Assembly (NCBI GenBank): GCA_038247245.1
Contig: JBBRVE010000004.1
Coordinates: forward strand, 22,485 to 86,484
Source: Bdellovibrionales bacterium
GTDB taxonomy: Bacteria; Pseudomonadota; Alphaproteobacteria; Micavibrionales; UBA2020
DNA: 64,000 nucleotides
Direction of reading: 5' to 3'
In this document: positions 44,833 to 52,987 of the stretch, piece after piece
Position numbering within the stretch: the first letter of the stretch is position 1
Layout of the letters: each line of letters begins with the position of its first letter
The notes under the pieces: model-generated
Databases searched by the model: none
The model's input: the letters and a program-made list of their open reading frames with translations, nothing else
Told to the model about the DNA's origin: nothing
Made by a program: the position numbers and the translations under genes

Positions 44833-46011
44833 TTATGCGTCTTCTTTTTTCGCGCCTTTTTTCTCGAGCTCGGGGATCGGGCGGGCAGCGGTGCTTTTCA
44901 TGTAAACCTCGAGGCCGCGGATCACCTCGTCGAAACGGGGCGTCGGAATTTTCTGGCCGGCGATCAGCTCGTTCGTGAAATGCACGAGCGCGCCCGATGC
45001 CTCGGCGCAATAGGATTTGCGGCCCAGGTTGTTCAGCGGATACCAAAGCGTCCTGTCATGGCCGCGCATCCAGACGAATTCAGCGGGCGCCATGACGCCG
45101 CCTTCTTCGCGCGCGCGCATCACGCAACGCAGTATGGCGGTGGTTTCATAGGCATGCTGGTCGGCGAATTTGCGCAGCGCACCGCCGGTCTTGGGGTTTT
45201 TCATGACCGCCTTGACCTTGGCTTTCAGCTTGGCGGAGGCGCGGAAGCCGCCTTCGGGCGTCCAGCTTTCCGACATCATGTTCAGGATTTCTTCGCAATC
45301 CTTACGCTTGCGGATCAGCTTCAGCGCGCAGGCGGCATACAGGCATTGGGCGTGGATCGGTAGCGCATCGGGGCCTTCCCAGCGTTTGCCCAGCTGTTCG
45401 GCAAGGGCGTGATAGGCGGCGTTGTAATCAAGCTGGCCGCCGGAATAGCTGATTGAATGATAGGCGAGCCATTCTTCGGGCGACAGCGCCTCCGAAAACA
45501 GCGGCAGCTGTTCCGGCACTGGCTGGCCGGGAGCGCGGCCCGGCATCTTGCGCGGGTCGAATTTCAAAAACGGCTTGATCGCGGGGAATGATTTCGCCTG
45601 TTCCTGCATCAGCGTCTCGAGACCCATCTTGCGGCGGTATTGCGTGCCGGGGCCGCGGAAAATGGTAAAGACGGTCATGACTGCCATGATCGCAAGGAAG
45701 ATATATTTAAGCGGCACCACGGCGACAAGGGTGGAGCGCTTGATATGCTCGATCGTGATATCCTCGACCGGAGCCTTGGGCAGCCAGTTCTGCCAGACAT
45801 GCAAAAGCTCGCGGCCCTGCGCATCACCGATGCCGAAATTTTTGCCGTAGACGCCGCGCACGACCCACATTTCGGCGATGCGCACATAGCGGACCATGTT
45901 GGTCAGTTCCGCGCTAAAGAAATGCCAGATCACCCAGCACAGGCCGGCGACTATGCCCACGATGATCGTGAACATGATGAAATCTTCATGCGGACTTTTC
46001 TGCTGCGACAC
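44833..46011 (-). CDS. DotM/IcmP (IncI TrbA)-like inner-membrane protein
   Basis: 392 aa. Two TMs (aa ~13-33 and ~95-117), then a cytoplasmic domain with HAYETTAILRCVMRAREEGGVMAPAEFVWMRGHDRTLWYPLNNLGRK, resembling the DotM C-terminal domain as I recall it. Sits immediately upstream of the DotL-like gene, as in icmP-icmO. Confidence 0.65.
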   Translation of the reverse strand: MSQQKSPHEDFIMFTIIVGIVAGLCWVIWHFFSAELTNMVRYVRIAEMWVVRGVYGKNFGIGDAQGRELLHVWQNWLPKAPVEDITIEHIKRSTLVAVVPLKYIFLAIMAVMTVFTIFRGPGTQYRRKMGLETLMQEQAKSFPAIKPFLKFDPRKMPGRAPGQPVPEQLPLFSEALSPEEWLAYHSISYSGGQLDYNAAYHALAEQLGKRWEGPDALPIHAQCLYAACALKLIRKRKDCEEILNMMSESWTPEGGFRASAKLKAKVKAVMKNPKTGGALRKFADQHAYETTAILRCVMRAREEGGVMAPAEFVWMRGHDRTLWYPLNNLGRKSYCAEASGALVHFTNELIAGQKIPTPRFDEVIRGLEVYMKSTAARPIPELEKKGAKKEDA

Positions 46012-46201
46012 TCGACCTGTCCCCGAACCCGCGCGCCGGACGGCGCACTCCCCTTAATATAGCCCTGATATATTAACACATATTGACTCTGCGGCCATAG
46101 TTTCGATGCCGTCGGATTTTTCTTGAAAAATTCCTGCCGTGACTTATAAAAAGGTAAGGGCACTCGTGGAATTACGTATATTCCGAAGCGGGCGCCCGGT
46201 T

Positions 46202-46276
46202 GCCGACGTAGCACAGCGGTAGTGCAGCGGTTTTGTAAACCGAAGGTCGGGAGTTCAATCCTCTCCGTCGGCACCA
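46202..46276 (+). tRNA. tRNA-Thr (anticodon UGU)
   Basis: Hand-folded cloverleaf: acceptor GCCGACG/CGTCGGC, D arm GCAC-AGCGGTA-GTGC, anticodon loop TT-TGT-AA, T arm GGGAG-TTCAATC-CTCTC, encoded CCA. 75 nt. Confidence 0.9.
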
Positions 46277-46494
46277 TTTTTTCCGCATATATCATCAGGA
46301 CTGCCTGTTTTTTCGTATTTTCGCGATAAAATTGCGGTATTTCGCAGAAATTGGCATTTTCTGGAGATTTTTCAGCGTTGAAATGAATCTTTTGACGGTT
46401 TAATCGTTTTAAAGCCTCCCGCTGACACTATCGTGCTTCAAAACCGCCTTTTACGCGCTCAAAAAGACAGCACAGAACACCCCAGAATCCCCTT

Positions 46495-46517
46495 TACTTG
46501 CTTATGTCAAGCAAGTA
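46495..46517. promoter_or_regulatory. Perfect 9-bp inverted repeat (possible operator)
   Basis: TACTTGCTT-atgtc-AAGCAAGTA, about 60 nt upstream of the ORF at 46576, in an AT-rich tract following tRNA-Thr. Confidence 0.3.
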
Positions 46518-46575
46518 GGCTTTCACCTCTACTTCATTTTGACTCCGGTTAACGGGGCGAAAAAGGGCAGACGGT

Positions 46576-46863
46576 GTGACCAACGAATCTAGCAAGCGCA
46601 TGAAGGTGATCCTGGGCAACGGGACACTGGGCCAGAAATACGCAGACATCAACATGCTGTTGGGGGATGGTTTTTCCATGCTCTATAGCGGTGATGTGAA
46701 ATGGGAGCTGAAACTTCCCAAGCAAACCCTCAAAGGCGATGCCGACAGCGTGGATTCCGCTCTCGACCAGTTGCGCCTGCTGTTCGAGGATATTTTGCGC
46801 GACGCACGCCCCGACACCAAAGTGTTCCTGGCGCTGAAAGAAATGCACAACCCCAAAGACTGA
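46576..46863 (+). CDS. Small hypothetical protein (about 87-95 aa)
   Basis: Coding-like codon usage. Starts at a GTG at 46576 or the ATG at 46600. No motif recognised. Confidence 0.4.
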   Translation: MTNESSKRMKVILGNGTLGQKYADINMLLGDGFSMLYSGDVKWELKLPKQTLKGDADSVDSALDQLRLLFEDILRDARPDTKVFLALKEMHNPKD

Positions 46864-47172
46864 TTATTTGGCGCGGATGTCGCTGACGCCTTTTTCACGC
46901 GGCCTTGCACCTGCGTCCTGTTCAGCGCTTGGTCCAGAAACCCCTGCGGCTGTATTCCACGACCAGCGCTTGGTTGCCCTTCACTAGGTCTGTCCAGCCC
47001 ACCGGTTTTATCGAATTCGAAAAATTAACGGACGACGACGACATTGCCGTCCTGTTTCGCCACCATGCGGTCATGGAAGCGTTTCATCGGGCCTTCCGCC
47101 AACGCAGAGGGGTCCCAGCAGAAAAAACATCAATGATAAAACAAGCAGGCGGATCATGGTTTTTATACCCGA

Positions 47173-48402
47173 TTAAGCCGCCAGCACCTGTGTGGCGTCC
47201 TTCATCTGCTGTTTCAATTGCTTGGCAGCAAGGGCGTAGCCACCGTCCGATCCATCGATGAAATGGAAATGCTGGCTGGCATAGTCAAAAATAATACAGG
47301 TCATCAGCGCAGAGGGCGCGGAATGGATGCCGTAGAAAATCTTGCCCTGCCCCACCAAAATGTCGAAATAATGGCGCAGTGATGCTTCTTTTTCCGCCGA
47401 TACGTCCATCACAAGACGTAGCGTGTTATCGAACTTGATATAGTCGTTATGCGACTCCAGCGATTTCTTATACGTCTTGCCATCCAGCGTGCCGGATTTC
47501 AGGCCGAACCTGAACATCAGCTTGCCGATGCTCGACATCAGCACGGTTTCCCAAAGATATTTCAGATAGGCCTTGCGCCCCTGCCCGCGCGTCTGCAACT
47601 TGGCTTCAGCCGACAACCGCGCGGGAGTGTTGCCGAGCGTCAGCTGGCCGGCAGATACCGGTTTCCAGTTGGCGGCAGGGCCGCATAATTCTTCGATATT
47701 GCCGAGCATGTCGGCATAGAGCGCGGCTTTTTGCGTATCGTCGCCCTGCCGTGCCTGCACGATAATGGAAAGATCGACGCCGTTGCGCGCATAAAGCGGC
47801 TGCCAGCGGCATTGCAGCCCTTTGAAATCGGGCGGCTTGGCGGCAAGCGTATGCTTGGGGAACAGCGCGGTGATGTCGTGCTTTGCGCCCTCCACTTTAT
47901 CTTTCACAATCTTTTCGGCGAGTGTCACGCCATCACCCGATAGCGCTGCCTGATAAACACCCGGCGCGACTTCCATTTTTGCGACACGCACCGGCGCGTT
48001 CATCTGGCGCAGCTGTTCGGCGAAAATAATGCCGGCGCGCATTTCGAGGTTGAAGATTTCTTCGGACATCAGCCGCGTGCCGTATAGTGCGGCGGCAACA
48101 TCATAAACAAGCGCGGCAGGCACCAGCAGCGTCGCGCCATCGCCGCCGAAGATATAGGCGATTTCTTCGCGCCCCGCCGCATTCAGCACCGCGGTGATGC
48201 TGGAGGCCGAGATCATGTTGACGTCTTTGTATTTCCCTGCCTCGATCGCCTTGGTCGAACCCACGATATCGACAATCACCACGCACCAGTCATCGGGGAT
48301 GTCGTTGTGTTGCGCGATATCGAGCATCCCGCCGCCCGAGGCCAAGGGCGGAAGGTCTTTATAAAAACTGCGCGATGCTGAAGCGTCCATGACCGACAGC
48401 AT
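47173..48402 (-). CDS. Class III nucleotidyl-cyclase-like protein (possibly DUF3095 family; name from memory)
   Basis: WCVVIVDIVGSTKAIEAGKYKDVN and IFGGDGATLLVP resemble the two metal-Asp segments of the cyclase homology domain. About 250 aa of extra C-terminal sequence. Confidence 0.65.
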   Translation of the reverse strand: MLSVMDASASRSFYKDLPPLASGGGMLDIAQHNDIPDDWCVVIVDIVGSTKAIEAGKYKDVNMISASSITAVLNAAGREEIAYIFGGDGATLLVPAALVYDVAAALYGTRLMSEEIFNLEMRAGIIFAEQLRQMNAPVRVAKMEVAPGVYQAALSGDGVTLAEKIVKDKVEGAKHDITALFPKHTLAAKPPDFKGLQCRWQPLYARNGVDLSIIVQARQGDDTQKAALYADMLGNIEELCGPAANWKPVSAGQLTLGNTPARLSAEAKLQTRGQGRKAYLKYLWETVLMSSIGKLMFRFGLKSGTLDGKTYKKSLESHNDYIKFDNTLRLVMDVSAEKEASLRHYFDILVGQGKIFYGIHSAPSALMTCIIFDYASQHFHFIDGSDGGYALAAKQLKQQMKDATQVLAA

Positions 48403-48509
48403 AGCACCAAAGAAAACGGGCAGGAAAGCGTCACCGCTTCCTGCCCGTCATCAACCTTCATCCAATAGGGAAATCGGAAATGAAGATAATGTCTTGATCC
48501 GGCCCTGTA

Positions 48510-49343
48510 TTACAGGTCGAATTTAGCGCCTTTCGGCGGCTTCGCCTTGTTGTCTTTGTCTTTCGCGATGATTTTCGACACGAGGCCTTGTGCTTCGGCC
48601 GCAAATTCCGCCGGCAGCGACTTCACGTCGTTGGCGGGGGTTTTGGAAGCCGCAATCGCGCCCAGTTTGTCGGAAGCGATTTCACCGAGGCCGTGCACGA
48701 TGTCGGCCACAGCTTTTGCGGAGGGCAGGCCGCCCACGATCGCATCCGCCTGTTTCGACACGCGCTCGGGCGTGATTTCGCGGGTCAGCGCCGCTGCCTG
48801 CATCGCGATTGCATCGGTCGGGATAGTTGCCGCGATGTCGCGGACTTGCGCCGCCACATCTTCGACCGAACCGTTGCGCGCATCGTCCAGCATCGGCTTG
48901 AACTGTTCGAACAGCGCTTTGATGATCATCGCTTCGCCATCCGCGCGCGTCGCCAGCGCCTGGTCGAGGCCTTGCTCGATCTGCTCGTTCGAGGTTTTCG
49001 CGAGGACGTCCTTGATCTGTTTTGCAACTTTCAGGGAGGTTTCTTCTTCCTGCAGTTTCGCCATGCCTTTATCCAGCAGGCCCTTCACTTTTTCTTCGTC
49101 GAATGCGCGCACGGCCTGGGAGATGCCATCGGCAATTTCCGAGCTGTTCAGGATGCCGTAGAAATCATTGGCAGCGTCTTTCACATAGGCCTTGGGGAAT
49201 TCCGCGAGGCCTTTGTTGACCGCCGCCTGGCCGCCGGCAGCAGCCGTGCGGGTCAGTTTGTCGGCGTTTTCGGGGGTGACGTATTTAGCGGCGAATTTTT
49301 TGAACGCTTCTTTGAGGAGGTCGATACCGGGATGGTTTGCCAT
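48510..49343 (-). CDS. Hypothetical Ala/Lys/Glu-rich helical protein (277 aa)
   Basis: Natural composition, unlike the Arg/Phe-rich plus-strand shadow ORF. No signal peptide. Tail KDKDNKAKPPKGAKFDL. Confidence 0.6.
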   Translation of the reverse strand: MANHPGIDLLKEAFKKFAAKYVTPENADKLTRTAAAGGQAAVNKGLAEFPKAYVKDAANDFYGILNSSEIADGISQAVRAFDEEKVKGLLDKGMAKLQEEETSLKVAKQIKDVLAKTSNEQIEQGLDQALATRADGEAMIIKALFEQFKPMLDDARNGSVEDVAAQVRDIAATIPTDAIAMQAAALTREITPERVSKQADAIVGGLPSAKAVADIVHGLGEIASDKLGAIAASKTPANDVKSLPAEFAAEAQGLVSKIIAKDKDNKAKPPKGAKFDL

Positions 49344-49510
49344 TGTGCTGTGCTCTCCGTAAAATTTTCTATTTATGAGTGTGCAAAACCTTCGCGGGTT
49401 TATAGGACGGTTTTGCGAATGAGTTGCTGTGCGCCTTGGATGATAAAGTCCATGCGTCTTGAGTCAACGGGGTTTCTTTACAGAAAGAGTCTTTTTGGGA
49501 ATTTCAGATT

Positions 49511-49915
49511 TTACGCAATCGTATCCAGCAGGTCGCCAAGCAATTCGTCCTGCACTTTAATTACGGAAACGTTTGCTTTGTAAAGCGCCTTGCTTTCAAG
49601 CAGGTTCACTGCTTGCTCGGCCAGATCCACATCAGGCACGGCGACCAATCCGTTGCCATCCGCATGAACCGAAGACGGGTCATAGATTACGGAATATGCG
49701 TTCGGATCGGGCCGCACCTGCGCGGAAACACCGCCGCCCGCCTGCGACGAAAAGTCGACAGTGACGGGTGTGTAAAGGGTTGAGGCGGGAGCTGACGGGT
49801 CGGAACTGGGCACAGTACCCGATGTCGATGCATTGGCGATATTGCTGGCCGTCGCGGCCAGCCGCGTGCTTTGGGCACGAAGCCCCGAAACCGCGATCGA
49901 AAATGCATCCGTCAT
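49511..49915 (-). CDS. flgC: Flagellar basal-body rod protein FlgC-like
   Basis: N-terminal rod signature FSIAVSGLRAQSTRLAATASNIANAST. C-terminal VDLAEQAVNLLESKALYKANVSVIKVQDELLGDLLD. Start at Met24 (ATG at 49915). Confidence 0.7.
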   Translation of the reverse strand: MTDAFSIAVSGLRAQSTRLAATASNIANASTSGTVPSSDPSAPASTLYTPVTVDFSSQAGGGVSAQVRPDPNAYSVIYDPSSVHADGNGLVAVPDVDLAEQAVNLLESKALYKANVSVIKVQDELLGDLLDTIA

Positions 49916-50118
49916 GACAAACCCTGCCTTACCAAATACCTTCCGGAAAACGGACATTCGCGTGACGGCAGCAAAAGCAGCCAAAGCACGAATAGACAGA
50001 TTCCAGACGATAACTCCATTATGCCATATACCACTTAATAATAAGTTATGCTTTTGAACTTATAGTAAATTTAGGCTAGATTCGAAAGTCACAGGATTAG
50101 AGTCTTTAGGAGACATCC

Positions 50119-50709
50119 ATGAAATATCCCGTCAAAACCCTGCTCGCAACCGCGATGATTGCGCTTGTTTCGGCGTCCGCGCCTGCACAGGCCGGCAAGC
50201 ACGAATATGGCGCCGATGGCGACATGATGGCGATCAAGGGCGACATGCTTGATAACGGTTTCAGGGATGCATCACGCACGATCGGCCGCTTGCCGTCAGG
50301 CGATGTTTTCGCGCCGCAGCACATGTACGACAAGCCGGAGCATTACGGCTTCAAGCCCTATGTTTCCAACTGGGATCCGCAGAACGACCACCCGCAGCAG
50401 TGGGATGGCCAGGATTGGGATCCGTCGATGTGGAACAAGGACTGGACGCCTGAAGTGACGCTCAACAAATTCTTTAAGGCGCGGGTTTTCGAGCGCCAGT
50501 TCATGCGCAAGGGCAAGCCGCCCGTGCCGGTGCTGGAACTGGGCCCCACCTTTTATAAAATTTCCGACCTCGACCAGCGCCGCGCGCTGAAACTGCTGGC
50601 GGATTTCACCGGCGTGTTCGGTGAGGGATTTCCGGTTGTGGAACTGCGCGACTGGCACACCGCCGAAATCGTCGGCACCTATACGCCCAAAGGCATGTTC
50701 ATGAACTGA
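50119..50709 (+). CDS. Secreted hypothetical protein (Trp/Asp/Gln-rich)
   Basis: Signal peptide MKYPVKTLLATAMIALVSASAPAQA. AGGAGA SD. Confidence 0.6.
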   Translation: MKYPVKTLLATAMIALVSASAPAQAGKHEYGADGDMMAIKGDMLDNGFRDASRTIGRLPSGDVFAPQHMYDKPEHYGFKPYVSNWDPQNDHPQQWDGQDWDPSMWNKDWTPEVTLNKFFKARVFERQFMRKGKPPVPVLELGPTFYKISDLDQRRALKLLADFTGVFGEGFPVVELRDWHTAEIVGTYTPKGMFMN

Positions 50710-50770
50710 TCCGGCTTCCGGATCTTCGCCCGCTTTTTTGCCCTGATTTATCTGAAAGAGGCTCTTTGCG

Positions 50771-51523
50771 ATGAAAAACTCCCTCCTGCTCTCTGCCGGC
50801 CTTCTGGCCGCCCTGACCGTGACCGGCTGTAACATGAAAATGCGCGACAGCTTCGCGCCGTCGGAGCAGATGAGCTACGCGCCCAATGATTCTGCCTACA
50901 CCAAATATGTGAACGACTTCACCGGCACCGATACGCATGTGTTCAAGACGGGCGACCGTTCCTTCACCATGCGCGGCACGCCGCCCCTCAAGGGCGTGAT
51001 CGAGCCGTGGTACAACTGGAACGACATCAGCAACGTCGGCAGCGCGGCCGTTGCCTTTAACGACTGCGGCAAATGCAACCTTGCGATGGGCGCGGAAGCC
51101 GATGTGATGACGCGCAACCTGCGCGGTCATACCGTTACGCTGTCGCTCTGCTATGACGGTGTACCGGGCAAAAAAGAATCCGTCTGCTTCGCGGGCGACA
51201 GCGCGAAGCTGGGCGAAGACATCAAGGATTGGAAAAAGATGACGGTCACCGTCCCCTTCGACCAGTTCCGCACGCTTGCCTATAAACATGCGCGCATCCA
51301 TCTGGATGTTGACCGCGGCAACGAGCCCGCACGCAACGACAAAATCGGCAAGGCCGGTTTCGAAGGCACGATCTGGGCCGATAATTTCCGCTTCATGCTG
51401 GCCGAACAGAACGGCACGGACAAATATAACGTGAAGCTGTCCGGCGCATTGTGGCCGGATGATTACAGCGGCTGGCAGGATGCCGGCAAGCCGCGCGAAC
51501 CGCTGCAATCCTGGCAGCCCTAA
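50771..51523 (+). CDS. Lipoprotein, function unknown
   Basis: Lipobox LAALTVTG-C. Natural composition. The long antisense ORF 50699-51691 is Arg/Ala/Gly-rich and was rejected. Confidence 0.65.
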   Translation: MKNSLLLSAGLLAALTVTGCNMKMRDSFAPSEQMSYAPNDSAYTKYVNDFTGTDTHVFKTGDRSFTMRGTPPLKGVIEPWYNWNDISNVGSAAVAFNDCGKCNLAMGAEADVMTRNLRGHTVTLSLCYDGVPGKKESVCFAGDSAKLGEDIKDWKKMTVTVPFDQFRTLAYKHARIHLDVDRGNEPARNDKIGKAGFEGTIWADNFRFMLAEQNGTDKYNVKLSGALWPDDYSGWQDAGKPREPLQSWQP

Positions 51524-51569
51524 AAGCAGGCGGCGCGCGCAGGGACAGGCGTAGCCGGACGTATAAACA

Positions 51570-52925
51570 ATGATGATCAAACGGGTTTTAATCGCGCTGG
51601 CGTTGCTTACGCTGGTCACAGTATCCGCCCGCGCGGATGCCGCCGGCATGGGCGTGATCCGCGACGAAGAGGTGGAGCAGACGCTGCGCACCTTCAGCAG
51701 GCCTGTGTTTGATCAGGCGGGTTTGTCGCCCAGCGCCGTCAAATTTATCCTGATCGACCAGAACGACCTCAACGCCTTTGTCGCGGGCGGGCAGAATATT
51801 TTCGTTTTCACAGGGCTGATCCTGCGCACGAAAAGCCCGGCGGAGCTGTTCGGCGTGATCGCGCATGAAACCGGCCACATCGCGAATGGCGACCTGATCC
51901 GCATGCGTGCGGAGATGGAAGACCTGTCCTTTCAGGTCATGGCGGCAACATTGCTGGGCATCGCGGTGGGTGCCGCCGCCGGATCGGGCGAAGCGGGCGT
52001 TGCCGTGCTGTCGGCGGCAGGATCTATCGGCCAGCGCGCCGCGCTGCGCCACAGCCGCATACAGGAAACCGCAGCCGACCAGTCGGCGGTTGCGTATCTG
52101 AAGGGCGCGCGGATGCCCGTATCGGGACTTGTGTCGTTTATGGAGACGCTGGCCGATCAGGAATTGCTGCCGGAATCGCAGCAGACGGAATATGTGCGCA
52201 CCCACCCGCTGACCCGCGACCGCATTGCGTCGCTTGAAAATGCGGCGGCAAATTACAAAGGCGGCTCTGTGCCGGCAGAATGGGCAGGCCTTCATGCGCG
52301 CATGGTCGCCAAGCTGAAAGGGTTTCTGATGCCCGATCAGGCATTGCTGGACAAAGGCACCAGCGTCGCCGCGCGCTATGGCCGCTCCATCGCGCTGTAC
52401 CGCAAGGGCCGCATCGACGAAGCGCTGAAGCTGCTCGCGCCGCTGATCAAGGAAGAGCCGCGGAACCCCTATTTCCTCGAACTGAAGGGGCAGATGCTGT
52501 TCGAATACGGACGCATCGATGAAGCAATCCCCGCCTATGCCAAATCGGTCGAGCTTGCCCCGGAATCGGGGCTGATCCGTGCGGCCTATGGGCATGCGCT
52601 GCTGGAATCCGGCAGTGATACCCAGAAACATTATGCCGAAGCGGTAAAGCAGTTCGAGCGCGCCCTGCAGTCGGAACCCAAGGACATCAAAACGCATCAT
52701 TTTCTGGCCATTGCCTATGGCAAACAGGGACAGGAGGGGCTTTCGCGCCTGCATCTGGCCGAAGAACAGCTGTTGCGCAGGAAAACAGATTACGCGATAC
52801 GGGAAGCCAAACTGGCCCAGCAATCTTTGGTTAAGAATTCGGCCAGCTGGATCCGGGCGGGGGATATTCTGGATGCGGCCCGCCGGCAGAAGAAACAGGA
52901 CAAGAAAGACAAAAATAGGGATTGA
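51570..52925 (+). CDS. M48-family periplasmic metalloprotease with TPR repeats (BepA/YfgC-like)
   Basis: Signal peptide. HETGHIANGD (HExxH). C-terminal TPR-like helices. Confidence 0.85.
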   Translation: MMIKRVLIALALLTLVTVSARADAAGMGVIRDEEVEQTLRTFSRPVFDQAGLSPSAVKFILIDQNDLNAFVAGGQNIFVFTGLILRTKSPAELFGVIAHETGHIANGDLIRMRAEMEDLSFQVMAATLLGIAVGAAAGSGEAGVAVLSAAGSIGQRAALRHSRIQETAADQSAVAYLKGARMPVSGLVSFMETLADQELLPESQQTEYVRTHPLTRDRIASLENAAANYKGGSVPAEWAGLHARMVAKLKGFLMPDQALLDKGTSVAARYGRSIALYRKGRIDEALKLLAPLIKEEPRNPYFLELKGQMLFEYGRIDEAIPAYAKSVELAPESGLIRAAYGHALLESGSDTQKHYAEAVKQFERALQSEPKDIKTHHFLAIAYGKQGQEGLSRLHLAEEQLLRRKTDYAIREAKLAQQSLVKNSASWIRAGDILDAARRQKKQDKKDKNRD

Positions 52926-52987
52926 TTTTGGGGGCTTAAGGCTCACATTGTTATAGTTGCGTACACCAACAGGGTCAGGGGTTTTGC

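Noticed and set aside
45951-46295. 114-aa minus-strand ORF
   Set aside because: It runs antisense through the tRNA-Thr gene and the promoter region of the DotM-like operon, so it is not credible as coding.
48588-49583. 331-aa plus-strand ORF
   Set aside because: It is antisense to the Ala/Lys/Glu-rich 277-aa gene and runs through the intergenic region into the flgC-like gene. Its Arg/Phe-rich composition is typical of a shadow frame.
50035-50049. TTAA-N7-TTAT near-CtrA site between the flgC-like gene and the divergent gene
   Set aside because: Only one perfect half-site, in an AT-rich spacer, so it is too weak to list as a feature. It is mentioned only as context in the flgC finding.
50699-52946. 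Two long minus-strand ORFs (330 aa and 452 aa)
   Set aside because: They are antisense to the lipoprotein gene and the M48/TPR protease gene, which have a lipobox and an HExxH motif plus signal peptides. The antisense products are Arg/Ala-rich and motif-less.
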